DNA from: Alphaproteobacteria bacterium
GTDB taxonomy: Bacteria; Pseudomonadota; Alphaproteobacteria; GCA-2731375
Length of the DNA: 64,000 nucleotides
Assembly (NCBI GenBank): GCA_030746635.1
Contig: JASLMH010000001.1
Coordinates: 26,416-90,415 of the forward strand
Direction: 5' to 3'
The notes beneath the pieces are model-generated. The model did not search any database, was not told the origin of the DNA, and worked only from the letters and a program-made list of their open reading frames with translations. The translations under genes were made by a program, and so were the position numbers. This document shows, piece after piece, positions 48,715 through 60,078 of this stretch (position 1 is its first letter; each line of letters starts with the position of its first letter).

Positions 48715-49767
48715 ATGACACGGCAGCGCGACACGAGCGGCAGGTTGCTGCGCTGGTATGACCATCACCGCCGCGAGTTGCCGTGGCGGGCGCCGCCGGG
48801 CCGTCGGGCCGAGCCCTATCGGGTCTGGCTGTCCGAGATCATGCTGCAGCAGACCACCGTCGCCGCCGTCGCACCCTATTACCGGCACTTCCTGAAACGC
48901 TGGCCGACGATTCGGGAGCTGGCCGCCGCCGAGCTGGACGAAGTGCTGCATGCCTGGCAGGGCCTGGGCTATTACGCCCGCGCCCGCAACCTGCACAAAT
49001 GCGCCAGGGCGGTCAGCGCCGAGCACGGCGGCCGTTTCCCCGAGGACCAGGCGGCCCTGCTGGCGCTGCCCGGCATCGGCCCCTATACCGCCGCCGCCAT
49101 CGCTGCCATCGCCTTCGACCAGGTGGCGACGCCGGTGGACGGCAACGTCGAACGGGTGGTGGCGCGGCTGTTCGCGGTGGCCGAGCCGGCGCCCGCCGGC
49201 AAACCCGAATTGCGCCGTCTGGCGGCGACCCTGACGCCGGTCCGGCGGCCCGGCGATCATGCCCAGGCGATGATGGACCTGGGCGCCACGATCTGCCTGC
49301 CGCGCGGGCCGCTTTGCGATGGCTGCCCGTTGCACGACGACTGCCAAGCCCAAAAACAAGGCATCGCCGCCCAATTGCCCCGGCGGTCGCCGAAACGCCA
49401 GCGGCCGACCCGCCATGGCGTCGCCTTCTGGCTGCGGGATCGCGACGGCCGGCTGCTGTTGCGCCGGCGGCCGGAAGAGGGGCTATTGGGCGGCATGATG
49501 GAAGTGCCCGGCACGCCGTGGCGCGAGGAACCCTGGGGCAAGGACGAAGCCATCGCCCATGCCCCGGCGACGGCCGAATGGCGAGAGATCGCGGGCACCG
49601 TCAGTCATGTTTTCACCCATTTCCGCCTGGAATTGACGGTGCGGGCGGCGGTCACCGAGGAGCCAATCGGCAAAGGGGGCATCTGGGCCATGCCGGCCGA
49701 ATTGGGCCGATACGCCCTGCCCACCGCCATGAAGAAAGTGGTGCGCCATGCCCTGGCGGCGGATTAG
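48715..49767 (+). CDS. mutY: A/G-specific adenine glycosylase
   Basis: WLSEIMLQQT, LPGIGPYTA HhH, VDGNVERV, CLPRGPLCDGCPLHDDC Fe-S loop. Confidence 0.97.
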   Translation: MTRQRDTSGRLLRWYDHHRRELPWRAPPGRRAEPYRVWLSEIMLQQTTVAAVAPYYRHFLKRWPTIRELAAAELDEVLHAWQGLGYYARARNLHKCARAVSAEHGGRFPEDQAALLALPGIGPYTAAAIAAIAFDQVATPVDGNVERVVARLFAVAEPAPAGKPELRRLAATLTPVRRPGDHAQAMMDLGATICLPRGPLCDGCPLHDDCQAQKQGIAAQLPRRSPKRQRPTRHGVAFWLRDRDGRLLLRRRPEEGLLGGMMEVPGTPWREEPWGKDEAIAHAPATAEWREIAGTVSHVFTHFRLELTVRAAVTEEPIGKGGIWAMPAELGRYALPTAMKKVVRHALAAD

Positions 49768-49875
49768 GAGACTGCCGGCTGAGTGACGCGTGTGCTTCGG
49801 TCAATCGGATAATCGGCATTGTCTGCCACTGGGCCGTTTCGTTGGAGCCGCTACATTTGGTAACGTGGAAGCACT

Positions 49876-51657
49876 GTGGGTGCTTGGGAAATTTTGCGAG
49901 GAGACTTGGCTGCCGCGACCAGCCGAGAATTTGAGCGTCGGGCGCTGCCTGTGATGCGGCTGTTTCAGCCTGACATGATACAGGCCCCAGAGCTGGCGGG
50001 CTTGGACAGAGCTGGCATAGATCTTCTCGTATGGTCCGACACCCGAACATTCCCTTGGGTGGTTCAGTGCAAGGGATTTAAAGAGTTCGAGGAATTAGGG
50101 GAATCACAAACGAAACAAATTCTGAAATCGATCAAAAAGTTCCATGAGTCCCCTTATTCATGTGAAGAGTATGTTCTTGTCCACAACCGCACGGGAGAGA
50201 ACAGACAGGCTGCGGCCGCGAACAACGAAGCGCTGAATGCGCTCCGTGAGGACGGTAAGGCGACTAGCGCTCAATTGTGGGACAGGCAAACTCTGATCAA
50301 GCTTGCCAAACGCAGACTCCGAACCATGCTCGTTGATAGAATGCGGCAAGAAGCGGAGCAGGTGCTAAGCAATAACGAGAAACTGTTTCGATTTGGCTCA
50401 GCCTACGTCTCCGACGTCCCGGTTTCTTGTCAGACTCTAACTTTCAATCCGAGTGCCGACTTGCGAGTGGACAGTGTTGACGTTTACAGGGTTGCCGAGT
50501 TGATCCTTTCTCAATCGAAAGCAAGATGGACGATGCTAACGGGGCCATTTGGCACTGGCAAAACTACAACCGCGCTCCATGCCGCAAGGTCTGCTGGCTA
50601 TGACGTAATCTATGTGCGCGCCGAAGCGATGACCGAGAGGGGAGGGACGGAAGGCACGAACGTAGTGTTTAGCAGAATTGTGGATGCCCTTGCCGTTTTT
50701 GATGACTTCGAAGACACCACCCGAACCCTAGCGAGCCGGTTGGCTGGTCCGACGTTGGCTGGGGTGCTCAAAGGGCGCCAAACAGATTTCGCCCTAATCA
50801 TTGACGGATTGGACGAGAATAGGATTTACGGGAAAGCTGAAGGCGTCCGGCAACTCACCAACGAGTTGGCGGAAATGCGGTGCCCCATAGTCCTGACGAC
50901 GAGAAAGGAGCACTTTGATTCCACATTCAGCAATTTTGAGCGGCTATTTGGAAAAATTTCGCAGAAGGGGCGTTCAGGTAGAGACGCTAGAATTTTTTGC
51001 TTGGAGCTTTGGTCAAATCGCGCGGTAAAGGCGCTTCTCAAGAATGCGATAAAGATTGCTAAGGCTGAAGAGCGGCCCTACTTGGAAAATTTCTTGCACG
51101 CATTGGAAATTGGCAGGGCTGACGACATCTACGGCGGCTTGCATCGGCATCCCCTATTTCTTCAGATGATATTGGAAGAGATAGCTAGTGGCATCATGGA
51201 ACATCGTAGCCGCGCAGAGCTTATTCGCAATTGGGTGGAGCGAAAGATCAAACGAGACATCAACGTGGACCGAATGACGCCGGTTGAGATAGTGGATGAG
51301 GACAGCTTTGTAGAATTGATGATGACTCTTCAGGAACGGGTCGCGAGCCGGATGACCGTGTCTGAATCAAGTCAATGGTCTCTAACAGAGCATATTGGTT
51401 CCGACATCGTGGAGCGGGAAGCGCGAAGAATTTTCAATGATAACGCTGTTGATATTAGTTCAGTATTGGGTTGCTCTGTTTTGAGCGCGGTAACTCCACG
51501 TCACAGGGGGCAAATGCCAATAAGATTCCTCCTTAGAGTGTGCCAAGAGTTTTTCATCGCGGCCTATCTCCATCGAACAGATCAGAAACCCACCGGTTAT
51601 CCTGATCCCGTTGTTGAGCTGTGGGAAGAGCTGGTGGAGCATTCAGTAGCTTACTAA
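49876..51657 (+). CDS. Mrr-like restriction-endonuclease domain fused to a STAND/NACHT NTPase (low-GC, candidate defence protein)
   Basis: N-terminal REFE, DRAGIDLL and VVQCK nuclease motifs. Walker A GPFGTGKTT, Walker B LIIDGLDE, VLTTR, HPLFL and QEFFIAAYL. Visibly AT-richer than its flanks. Confidence 0.8.
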   Translation: MGAWEILRGDLAAATSREFERRALPVMRLFQPDMIQAPELAGLDRAGIDLLVWSDTRTFPWVVQCKGFKEFEELGESQTKQILKSIKKFHESPYSCEEYVLVHNRTGENRQAAAANNEALNALREDGKATSAQLWDRQTLIKLAKRRLRTMLVDRMRQEAEQVLSNNEKLFRFGSAYVSDVPVSCQTLTFNPSADLRVDSVDVYRVAELILSQSKARWTMLTGPFGTGKTTTALHAARSAGYDVIYVRAEAMTERGGTEGTNVVFSRIVDALAVFDDFEDTTRTLASRLAGPTLAGVLKGRQTDFALIIDGLDENRIYGKAEGVRQLTNELAEMRCPIVLTTRKEHFDSTFSNFERLFGKISQKGRSGRDARIFCLELWSNRAVKALLKNAIKIAKAEERPYLENFLHALEIGRADDIYGGLHRHPLFLQMILEEIASGIMEHRSRAELIRNWVERKIKRDINVDRMTPVEIVDEDSFVELMMTLQERVASRMTVSESSQWSLTEHIGSDIVEREARRIFNDNAVDISSVLGCSVLSAVTPRHRGQMPIRFLLRVCQEFFIAAYLHRTDQKPTGYPDPVVELWEELVEHSVAY

Positions 51658-51813
51658 TTCAGACGAAATCTTCTCGTTTCACCCGCTGCGTTGTAGCTAG
51701 CTGCGTTAACTAGGACTCACGCGGGGGATACCCAATTCGTGGCGTCAAGAACCCTGCCTACTTTTGGTTTTCCGGCGGTGGCGCGAACTGGCGCAAGTCG
51801 CATCGGAACGGTG

Positions 51814-52958
<1,145 letters not shown>

Positions 52959-52979
<21 letters not shown>

Positions 52980-53582
52980 CAGAAGCCGTTTGATAGGAGC
53001 GAAGGAGCGGCGGTGGTGCACCGTCACCCCCAAACGGGCCAAACCGTCGCGGTGTTCGGCGGTGCCGTAGCCCATATTGCGCTCCCAGCCGTAGCCGCCG
53101 AATTCGGCCGCCAAATCGGCCATCAGGGCATCGCGGCTGACCTTGGCGACGATCGAGGCGGCGGCGATGGAGAGCGAGCGGGCATCGCCCTTGACCAGGC
53201 ATTCGACCCGGCAGGACAGATCGGGCGGCCGGTTGCCGTCGACCAGGGCGGCGGCCGGCGGCCGCGGCAGGGCGGCGACGGCGCGCCGCATCGCCAGCAT
53301 GGTGGCGCCGAGGATATTGAGGCGGTCGATCTCCGCCACCTCGGCCCGGCCGACGCCGATCTCCGCCACCTTGGCCAGATCGGTGAACAGCGCCCGCCGC
53401 CGGGCCGGCGCCAGGACCTTGGAGTCGGCCAGACCGGGGGGGATTTCGCCGGGCCGCAGGATCACCGCCGCCGCCACCACCGGCCCGGCCCAGGGGCCCC
53501 GGCCGGCCTCGTCGATGCCGCAGACCGGCGCCGGCAGCGCCGCCTCGTATGCATAGTCGGGATCACTCGGCGGCCTTGCCAT
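52959..53582 (-). CDS. rnhB: Ribonuclease HII
   Basis: CGIDEAGRGPWAGPV, LVDGN, KGDA.S.SIAAASI.AK, HRRSF. Confidence 0.96.
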
Positions 53583-54975
53583 CGCCCATCGGCTCCGTTT
53601 CGGCGGGTGACTCGAAGCCGGCGTCCTCCACCCCGTCGTCCACCGCATCGTCAGTGGCCGCCCGCCGCTGCCGCGCCTCGGCCAGCAACTCCTGGGCCGC
53701 CTGATAGCCGCGCTCGCCCAGATGCACCGAAAAACGCACGGTGTGCTGGGTGGCCGAGACCATCGCCCTGGTCTCCCGACCGAACAGGTAGTCCAGCAAT
53801 TCGCGGAAGCTGCCCACCCGATGCCAGACCAGGTTCTCCAGCCGGCGGGCGACCAGCAGCCACAATGGGCTGAGCATCAGGCTGAGGGCGATGACCGAAA
53901 CCACGACCCGGCTACCGCTCTCCAGGATTAGGCCGGCGGCGGCCCCGGCGGCGACCAGGACGAAGGAGAACTCGCCGATCTGGCCGATGCTGACGCCGGC
54001 GATCCAGGCCCGCGGCCAGGGCTCGCCCAACAGCCGCAACAGGCCGACGTTCATGGCCGACTTGAACAGGGTGACCACCAGCAGCACCACCATCACCTCG
54101 CCCAGATGCTGCCAGATGAAGCCGACGTCCAGCAGCAGCCCGATGGACACGAAGAACACCATCAGCAACACCCCCTGGATCGGCTTGGCCGCCCCCAGCA
54201 GGGGCGCCCGGGCGGTCGAGTTGCCGATCCAAAGGCCGGCCAGGAAGGCGCCGTAGGCCGGCGACAGACCGAGCAAGGCCGACAGCAGCGAGGCGCCGAA
54301 GCAATAGGCGAGCGCGGTGATCGCCGCCACCTCGACGTTGCCGCGCACGGCGCGGGCGAAGGGCACGTTGACCCGCTCGCGCCGGGTCAACACGACGATC
54401 ATCGCCGCCAGCAGGGCGACGGCGATCAGGATCTTCAGATAGCCGCCGAAGGCGATGCCGCCGCCGGCCAGGCCCTGGATCACCAGCAGCATCGGCACCA
54501 CCGCCAGATCCTGGGCGATCAGTACGCCGACGGCGGTGCGGCCGATCTCGCTGCGCAATTCGCCGATGTCCTCCAGCAGCTTGATGGCCACGGCGGTGCT
54601 GGAGATGGCCACCACGAAACCCATGACGATGGCGGTTTCCCAGGAACGGCCAAACAGATGGGCGATCAGCAGCATCACCGCCACCGACAGCACGATCTGC
54701 GCGCCCGCCCCCAGCACGGCCAGCCGCAGCACCCGGCGAAAGGCCCGCAGCGAAAGCTCCATGCCGATGATGAAAAGCAACAACAGCACGCCCAGCTCGG
54801 CCAGGGTCTCGATCGGCGCCCGGTCGGGGAACAGATCGAAACCCGATGGCCCCAGCACGACGCCGGCGACGATGTAGCCGACCACCGCCGGCTGCCGCAG
54901 CCGTTGCAGCACCAGACCCAGGATCAGGGCGCTGGCGGCCAACAGGGCGATTTCGAGAAGGCCGTCGGTGTGCAT
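53563..54975 (-). CDS. CPA2-family cation:proton antiporter (Kef-like, no obvious KTN domain)
   Basis: AELGVLLLLFIIGMELS, SSTAVAIK, LIAQDLAVVP, QIGEFSFV. Confidence 0.9.
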   Translation of the reverse strand: MHTDGLLEIALLAASALILGLVLQRLRQPAVVGYIVAGVVLGPSGFDLFPDRAPIETLAELGVLLLLFIIGMELSLRAFRRVLRLAVLGAGAQIVLSVAVMLLIAHLFGRSWETAIVMGFVVAISSTAVAIKLLEDIGELRSEIGRTAVGVLIAQDLAVVPMLLVIQGLAGGGIAFGGYLKILIAVALLAAMIVVLTRRERVNVPFARAVRGNVEVAAITALAYCFGASLLSALLGLSPAYGAFLAGLWIGNSTARAPLLGAAKPIQGVLLMVFFVSIGLLLDVGFIWQHLGEVMVVLLVVTLFKSAMNVGLLRLLGEPWPRAWIAGVSIGQIGEFSFVLVAAGAAAGLILESGSRVVVSVIALSLMLSPLWLLVARRLENLVWHRVGSFRELLDYLFGRETRAMVSATQHTVRFSVHLGERGYQAAQELLAEARQRRAATDDAVDDGVEDAGFESPAETEPMGDGKAAE

Positions 54976-55001
54976 GCGGCCCTAATCTACCATGGCAGAT
55001 T

Positions 55002-56240
55002 CTATCGACCGGCCAGCAGCAGCATGTTGAGCGGGTGCAGCACCGCGTAGATGGCATCGAAACGGGCCTTGAAAGCGGCCCAATCCAGCTTGGCGCCAGC
55101 GGCCCGCAGGCGGCCATGGATCTGCCGCAGGCTGCGCCCACCGTCGATCAGGGCGACGATTTCGGCCGAATCGGCCGGCAATTCGAACCGGCAATCGACA
55201 CCGCCCAGCCGGGCGCTCAGGCGCGGCGACTTGGCCAGGCTTTCGGCCAGCCGCGCCGTCGGCATCTCGCGCAGCACCGGCACCATGGCCGGATCGTCCG
55301 GGCGGGCCGCGCCGCCGTCCCGGTTGCCGGCCTTGACGGCATAGAAGACATGGGTCTTCAAGGCGCCGGACAGGTCCTCGGCCAGGGCCCAACGCTCGCC
55401 CTCGGGCAGCGCCCGGGCCCGGTCCCGCAGTTCGTCGTCGGCCAGGAAGTTGGCCGGATCGTACTCCCCGGGCGGCAGGAAGCCGCTGATGCGCAGGCCC
55501 GCCGCAGCCGTCATGGCCAGGATCTCGGGCACCAGGTAGGCCCGGTCGCGGGGATGCAGCAATAGATCGGTGAAGCCGGCGTCGTCGCCGCCGAGGTGGT
55601 CGGCCAGGTGGGGATTGCGCTTCAGCCAGTTGCCGGCGGGCAGATCGGCCACCAGGGCGCGGGCCAGGCGCAGCCGCTCGGCGCCGGCCTGATCGCCGGC
55701 CAGGCGGCGGATCGCCCGCTGCGCCGGATAGACGCCGTGGCGGCCCAGGGCGCCGTACAGCATCAGGCCCAGGCCGCCGTCGTCCTTCAGGGCGGCGACC
55801 AGGGCCGCCAGGCCCCGGTCCGGCTCGGCCAGATGATGCAGCACGCCGCAGCAATCGATGTAGTCGAACGGCCCCAGGCCCAATTCATCGAGGTCGAGCA
55901 GCGAGCCGTGGTGAAAAGTGATGTTGTCCAGTTGGCGGGCCGCCGCCCGGGCCCGGGCGACCTCCAGGCTGGCGGTCGAGAGATCCAGGTAGTGGACGCT
56001 GCCCCCACCGCGATCGGCCAGGTGCTGGGCCAGCATGATGGCGCCGTCGCCGGTGCCGCCGCCGGCCACCAGGGCGGTCAGGGCGCCGGCCCGTCGGCCG
56101 GCATAGACGTAGTGCTCGACTTCCAGGAGATGGCTCGGCGAACCGGTGATCAGGCGCCCTGCCTCGTCGGCCGGATCGCGGGCCGGGTAGGGGTGGGCCT
56201 CGTACTGGTCGCGGACCGCGCGATCGTCGGGTGCCGTCAT
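55002..56240 (-). CDS. Class I SAM-dependent methyltransferase with C-terminal extension
   Basis: QYEAHPYP, LVAGGGTGD, DYIDCCGVLHHL. Confidence 0.85.
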   Translation of the reverse strand: MTAPDDRAVRDQYEAHPYPARDPADEAGRLITGSPSHLLEVEHYVYAGRRAGALTALVAGGGTGDGAIMLAQHLADRGGGSVHYLDLSTASLEVARARAAARQLDNITFHHGSLLDLDELGLGPFDYIDCCGVLHHLAEPDRGLAALVAALKDDGGLGLMLYGALGRHGVYPAQRAIRRLAGDQAGAERLRLARALVADLPAGNWLKRNPHLADHLGGDDAGFTDLLLHPRDRAYLVPEILAMTAAAGLRISGFLPPGEYDPANFLADDELRDRARALPEGERWALAEDLSGALKTHVFYAVKAGNRDGGAARPDDPAMVPVLREMPTARLAESLAKSPRLSARLGGVDCRFELPADSAEIVALIDGGRSLRQIHGRLRAAGAKLDWAAFKARFDAIYAVLHPLNMLLLAGR

Positions 56241-56265
56241 GACGATGGCCGCCGCCCCTGTTGAA

Positions 56266-57246
56266 CTAGCCGTCGATGGTGACCACCGCCTTGCCGACCA
56301 CCTCGCGGTTGATCAGAGCGTACAAGGCGTCGGGCACCTCGCTCAGGGTGAAGCGATGGGAGATGTTCGGCCGCAACTTGCCCTCGCGGTACCATTCGAA
56401 CAGCTTCTCGATATTGGCGCGGTTCTCTTCGGGGTAGCGTTCGGTGAAGGCGCCCCAGAACACGCCGACGATGGAGCAGTTCTTCAACAGGGCCAGATTG
56501 GCCGGCGCCTCGGGGATCCGGCCCGAGGCGAAGCCGATCACCAAAAGCCGGCCGTTCCAGTTGATGCAGCGCAGGGATTGGTCGAACACGTCGCCGCCGA
56601 CCGGGTCGTAGATCACGTCGGCGCCGGCGCCGCCGCAGATCTCCTTCACCTGGTCCTTGAACGGCCCGTCGTTGTAGTTGATGACGTGATCGGCGCCGTG
56701 TTCCAGCACCTTTTGCAGCTTCTCGTCGGTGCTGCCGGTGCCGATGATCCTGGCGCCCATGGCCTTGCCGATCTCCACCGCCGACAGGCCGACGCCGCCC
56801 GCGGCGCCGTGCACCAAAAGCCATTCATCGGGCTGCAAATTGCCCATCTGCATCAGCGCATAGGCCGAGGTACCGTAGGTCAGCACGAAGGCCGAGCCGA
56901 CCTCGTAGTCGACGCCGTCGGGCAACGGCAGGCACTTCACCTCGCGGGCGTTGACCTCCTCGGCGAAGGCACCGTTGCCGGTCATGGCGATCACCCGATC
57001 GCCCGGTTTGAACTGCGTGACCTTGGCGCCGACGGCGATCACATCGCCGGCGCATTCCGAGCCGGGCGAGAACGGAAACGGCGGCTTGAACTGGTATGTG
57101 CCCTGGATGATCAGGATATCCGGGAAATTGACGCCGGCGACGCGCACCCGGACCCGGACCTCGTTGTCAGCCGGCGGCGGCAGTTCGTGATCTTCCAGCA
57201 CCAGGCTTTCGGGCGGTCCGTATTCCTTGCACAGCATCGCTTTCAT
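56266..57246 (-). CDS. NADPH:quinone oxidoreductase (MDR/zeta-crystallin family)
   Basis: GVNFPD, HGAAGGVG, YDPVGG, GRLLVIGFASG. Confidence 0.92.
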   Translation of the reverse strand: MKAMLCKEYGPPESLVLEDHELPPPADNEVRVRVRVAGVNFPDILIIQGTYQFKPPFPFSPGSECAGDVIAVGAKVTQFKPGDRVIAMTGNGAFAEEVNAREVKCLPLPDGVDYEVGSAFVLTYGTSAYALMQMGNLQPDEWLLVHGAAGGVGLSAVEIGKAMGARIIGTGSTDEKLQKVLEHGADHVINYNDGPFKDQVKEICGGAGADVIYDPVGGDVFDQSLRCINWNGRLLVIGFASGRIPEAPANLALLKNCSIVGVFWGAFTERYPEENRANIEKLFEWYREGKLRPNISHRFTLSEVPDALYALINREVVGKAVVTIDG

Positions 57247-57391
57247 TACGTCTTCCCCTGCAATTCGTCACTTCATCGTCCATGGTCGGGTGGCGTGGAA
57301 TTATCACAAAGCGGGGGCGTTTGTCCCCCATCGGCGCTATCCTGCCGCGCCAGGGCGCGAAACGATAAAGATTGAACCGGGCAAAACGACG

Positions 57392-57928
57392 ATGACGCGG
57401 GGATATTTCGGCATCGGCGTCGAGCGGCTGAGCAAGCCGATGAACGCCGGCAACCTGTTCCGCTCGGCGCATGCCTTCGGCGCCGGCTTCCTGTTCACCG
57501 TCGCCGGCAGTTATCACCGCGGCCAGGCGATCTCGGATACCGGCCGCTCGACCGATCAGGTGCCGTTCTACGAGTTCGGCTCGGTCGGGGAGATGAACCT
57601 GCCCGAGGGCTGCCGCCTGGTCGGCATCGAACTACTGGACGAGGCGGTCGAGTTGCCGACCTTCAAGCACCCGATCCGGGCCGCCTACGTGCTGGGTCCG
57701 GAGCGGGGCAGCCTGTCGCCGGATCTGGTCGCCCGCTGCGATCACCTGGTGAAGATCCCCACCAGCTTCTGCGTCAACGTGGCCATGGCCGGGGCCATCG
57801 TGATGTACGACCGGACCGTCAGCCTGGGCCGGTTCGGCGAGCGCGCGGTGTTCAGCCGCAATCCCGGCACGGCGCCCGAGCCGCACGTCCAGGGCGCCCA
57901 GATCATCCGCAACAAGGAGCCGGAATAG
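57392..57928 (+). CDS. SpoU/TrmH-family RNA methyltransferase
   Basis: PMNAGNLFRSAHAFG, VLGPERGSL, CVNVAMAG. Confidence 0.9.
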   Translation: MTRGYFGIGVERLSKPMNAGNLFRSAHAFGAGFLFTVAGSYHRGQAISDTGRSTDQVPFYEFGSVGEMNLPEGCRLVGIELLDEAVELPTFKHPIRAAYVLGPERGSLSPDLVARCDHLVKIPTSFCVNVAMAGAIVMYDRTVSLGRFGERAVFSRNPGTAPEPHVQGAQIIRNKEPE

Positions 57929-57969
57929 GGAAATTCGCCAACGCCTGGAAATTGCCAAATGGCGCGTCT

Positions 57970-58497
57970 ATGTTGAGCGCCATGATTAGACCATTCACTT
58001 TGCTCGCCGCCGCCCTGGTGTTTTGCGCCGCCGGCGCCGCCCAGGCCCAGAAACCCAAGATGCTGCTGAAGGGCGCCGAGATCTGGGGCGCCTTTTCGGT
58101 CAAGGAGAAGGGCGGCCTGGCCTGTTACATGGCCGGCCAGCCATTGGCCACGGCGCCCAAAGGCGTTAAGCGCGACCCGATCTGGCTGCTGGTCACCCAT
58201 CGGCCGCACAAGAAGATCAGGAACGAGGTCAGCGTCTACGCCGGCTATCCCTTCAAGCCGCGCGCCGCCGTGACGATCGATGTCGACGGCAAGACGTTCG
58301 AATTGTATACGGTCGACGACACCGCATGGGTCGAGGATCCGAAGACGGAGGCGGCGATCGTCAAGGCCATGCGGGCCGGCCGCAAGATGGTCGTCCGCGG
58401 CTTGTCGAAACGGGGCACCAAGACGACCGACACCTATTCCCTGAAGGGTTTCACCAAGGCCCATCAGGCGATCAACAAGGCCTGCAAGGTGAAATAG
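57970..58497 (+). CDS. Invasion-associated locus B (IalB)-family exported protein
   Basis: Signal peptide, [22 protein letters not shown]...C. Located upstream of rlmN. Confidence 0.82.
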   Translation: MLSAMIRPFTLLAAALVFCAAGAAQAQKPKMLLKGAEIWGAFSVKEKGGLACYMAGQPLATAPKGVKRDPIWLLVTHRPHKKIRNEVSVYAGYPFKPRAAVTIDVDGKTFELYTVDDTAWVEDPKTEAAIVKAMRAGRKMVVRGLSKRGTKTTDTYSLKGFTKAHQAINKACKVK

Positions 58498-58520
58498 CCG
58501 CCGCCGGTCAAGGGTGGGCC

Positions 58521-59633
58521 ATGGCCCAAACGGATAGCGATAGACCAACGCCACTGATCGGCCTTTCGCGGCCGCAATTGCTGGATCTGCTGGCCGACCT
58601 TGGCGTGCCGGAGCGGCAGCGCAACATGCGGGTCAGGCAGCTCTGGCGCTGGCTCTACAATCGCGGCGTTCGCTCGTTCGACGAGATGACCGATCTGGGC
58701 AAGGACCTGCGCGCCGCCCTGCGGCAGCGGCACGCGGTCGGCCGACCGGATATCGCGACGGCCCTCAAATCCACCGACGGCACCGCCAAATGGCTGTTCC
58801 GCCTGGCCGACGGCAACGAGGTGGAAAGCGTGCACATCCCCGACCAGGACCGCGGCGCCCTGTGCATGTCCAGCCAGATCGGCTGCAGCCTGAACTGCCG
58901 CTTTTGCCACACCGGCACCCAGGCGATGGTGCGCAACCTGACACCGGGCGAGATCGTCGGCCAGTTGCTGGCGGCACGGGACGCCCTGGGCGAATGGCCG
59001 ACGCCCGAGGGCAACCGGCAAATCTCGACCATCGTGATGATGGGCATGGGCGAGCCGCTGTTGAATTTCGACAACGTCGCGCAAGCCCTGAACCTGATCA
59101 TGGACATGGACGGCATCGCCTTCTCGCGCCGCTCGATCACCCTCTCGACGGCCGGCGTGGTGCCGGCGATGGACCGCTGCGGGCGCGAGTTGCGGGTCAA
59201 CCTCGCCGTCTCGCTGCACGCCGTGCGGGACGAGATCCGCGACGAACTGGTGCCGCTGAACCGGCGCTATCCGATCGCGGATCTGCTGCGGGCCTGCCGC
59301 GACTATCCGGCGGCGAGCAACGCCCGGCGCATCACCTTCGAATACGTGATGTTGAAGGACGTCAACGATTCCCTGGCCGACGCCCGGGAACTGGTGCGGC
59401 TGATCCGCGGCATCCCGGGCAAGATCAACCTGATCCCGTTCAATCCCTGGCCCGGCGCGCCCTATGAGTGCTCCTCCAACAACCAGATCCACCGCTTCGC
59501 CAAGCTGATCAACGACGCCGGCTACTCGGCGCCGATCCGCACCCCGCGCGGCCGCGACATCATGGCCGCCTGCGGCCAGTTGAAGTCGGCCAGCCAACGC
59601 CCGCCGCGCCGGGCGGCGGCGGCGGCGTCATAG
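58521..59633 (+). CDS. rlmN: 23S rRNA/tRNA adenine C2-methyltransferase
   Basis: [43 protein letters not shown]. Confidence 0.96.
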   Translation: MAQTDSDRPTPLIGLSRPQLLDLLADLGVPERQRNMRVRQLWRWLYNRGVRSFDEMTDLGKDLRAALRQRHAVGRPDIATALKSTDGTAKWLFRLADGNEVESVHIPDQDRGALCMSSQIGCSLNCRFCHTGTQAMVRNLTPGEIVGQLLAARDALGEWPTPEGNRQISTIVMMGMGEPLLNFDNVAQALNLIMDMDGIAFSRRSITLSTAGVVPAMDRCGRELRVNLAVSLHAVRDEIRDELVPLNRRYPIADLLRACRDYPAASNARRITFEYVMLKDVNDSLADARELVRLIRGIPGKINLIPFNPWPGAPYECSSNNQIHRFAKLINDAGYSAPIRTPRGRDIMAACGQLKSASQRPPRRAAAAAS

Positions 59634-59642
59634 GGCCCGGTC

Positions 59643-60011
59643 ATGATCTGGAGACTTCTCACCGCCGTTGTGTTGTTGACCGCCACCATGGCGGTCGGCC
59701 CATCGCCGGCCCGGGCGGATGCCGGCTTCCTGGCCGGCGTCAGCGATTTGCCGCTGATGCCCGGCCTGCGCGAGGTTCCCGAGGCCACGGTGGTGTTCGA
59801 CAAGCCGGACGGCCGCATCGTCCGGGCGACGGCGACCGGGAAACACGACAGGGCCGAGGTGTTGCGGTTCTATGCCGAGACCCTGCCGCAGTTGGGCTGG
59901 CGCGCCGTCGCGCCCAGCCGCTACGCCAGGGAGGGCGAGAGCCTGCGGATCGAGGCGCGCCCGGGGGCCGACGGCCTGACGGTGCGCTTCTCCATTACCC
60001 CCGGACAATGA
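59643..60011 (+). CDS. Exported hypothetical protein
   Basis: Signal peptide, DLPLMPGL, FYAETLPQLGW. Confidence 0.7.
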   Translation: MIWRLLTAVVLLTATMAVGPSPARADAGFLAGVSDLPLMPGLREVPEATVVFDKPDGRIVRATATGKHDRAEVLRFYAETLPQLGWRAVAPSRYAREGESLRIEARPGADGLTVRFSITPGQ

Positions 60012-60078
60012 CACCGGCGCGCCGTGGCGGCGGCCGGCCGAATGAAACCGACGAACGGACAGACGAGAGGTAGCGAGC

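Noticed and set aside
51705-51710. GTTAAC downstream of the nuclease-STAND gene as a CtrA site
   Set aside because: Only a half-site, and it lies between convergent gene ends.
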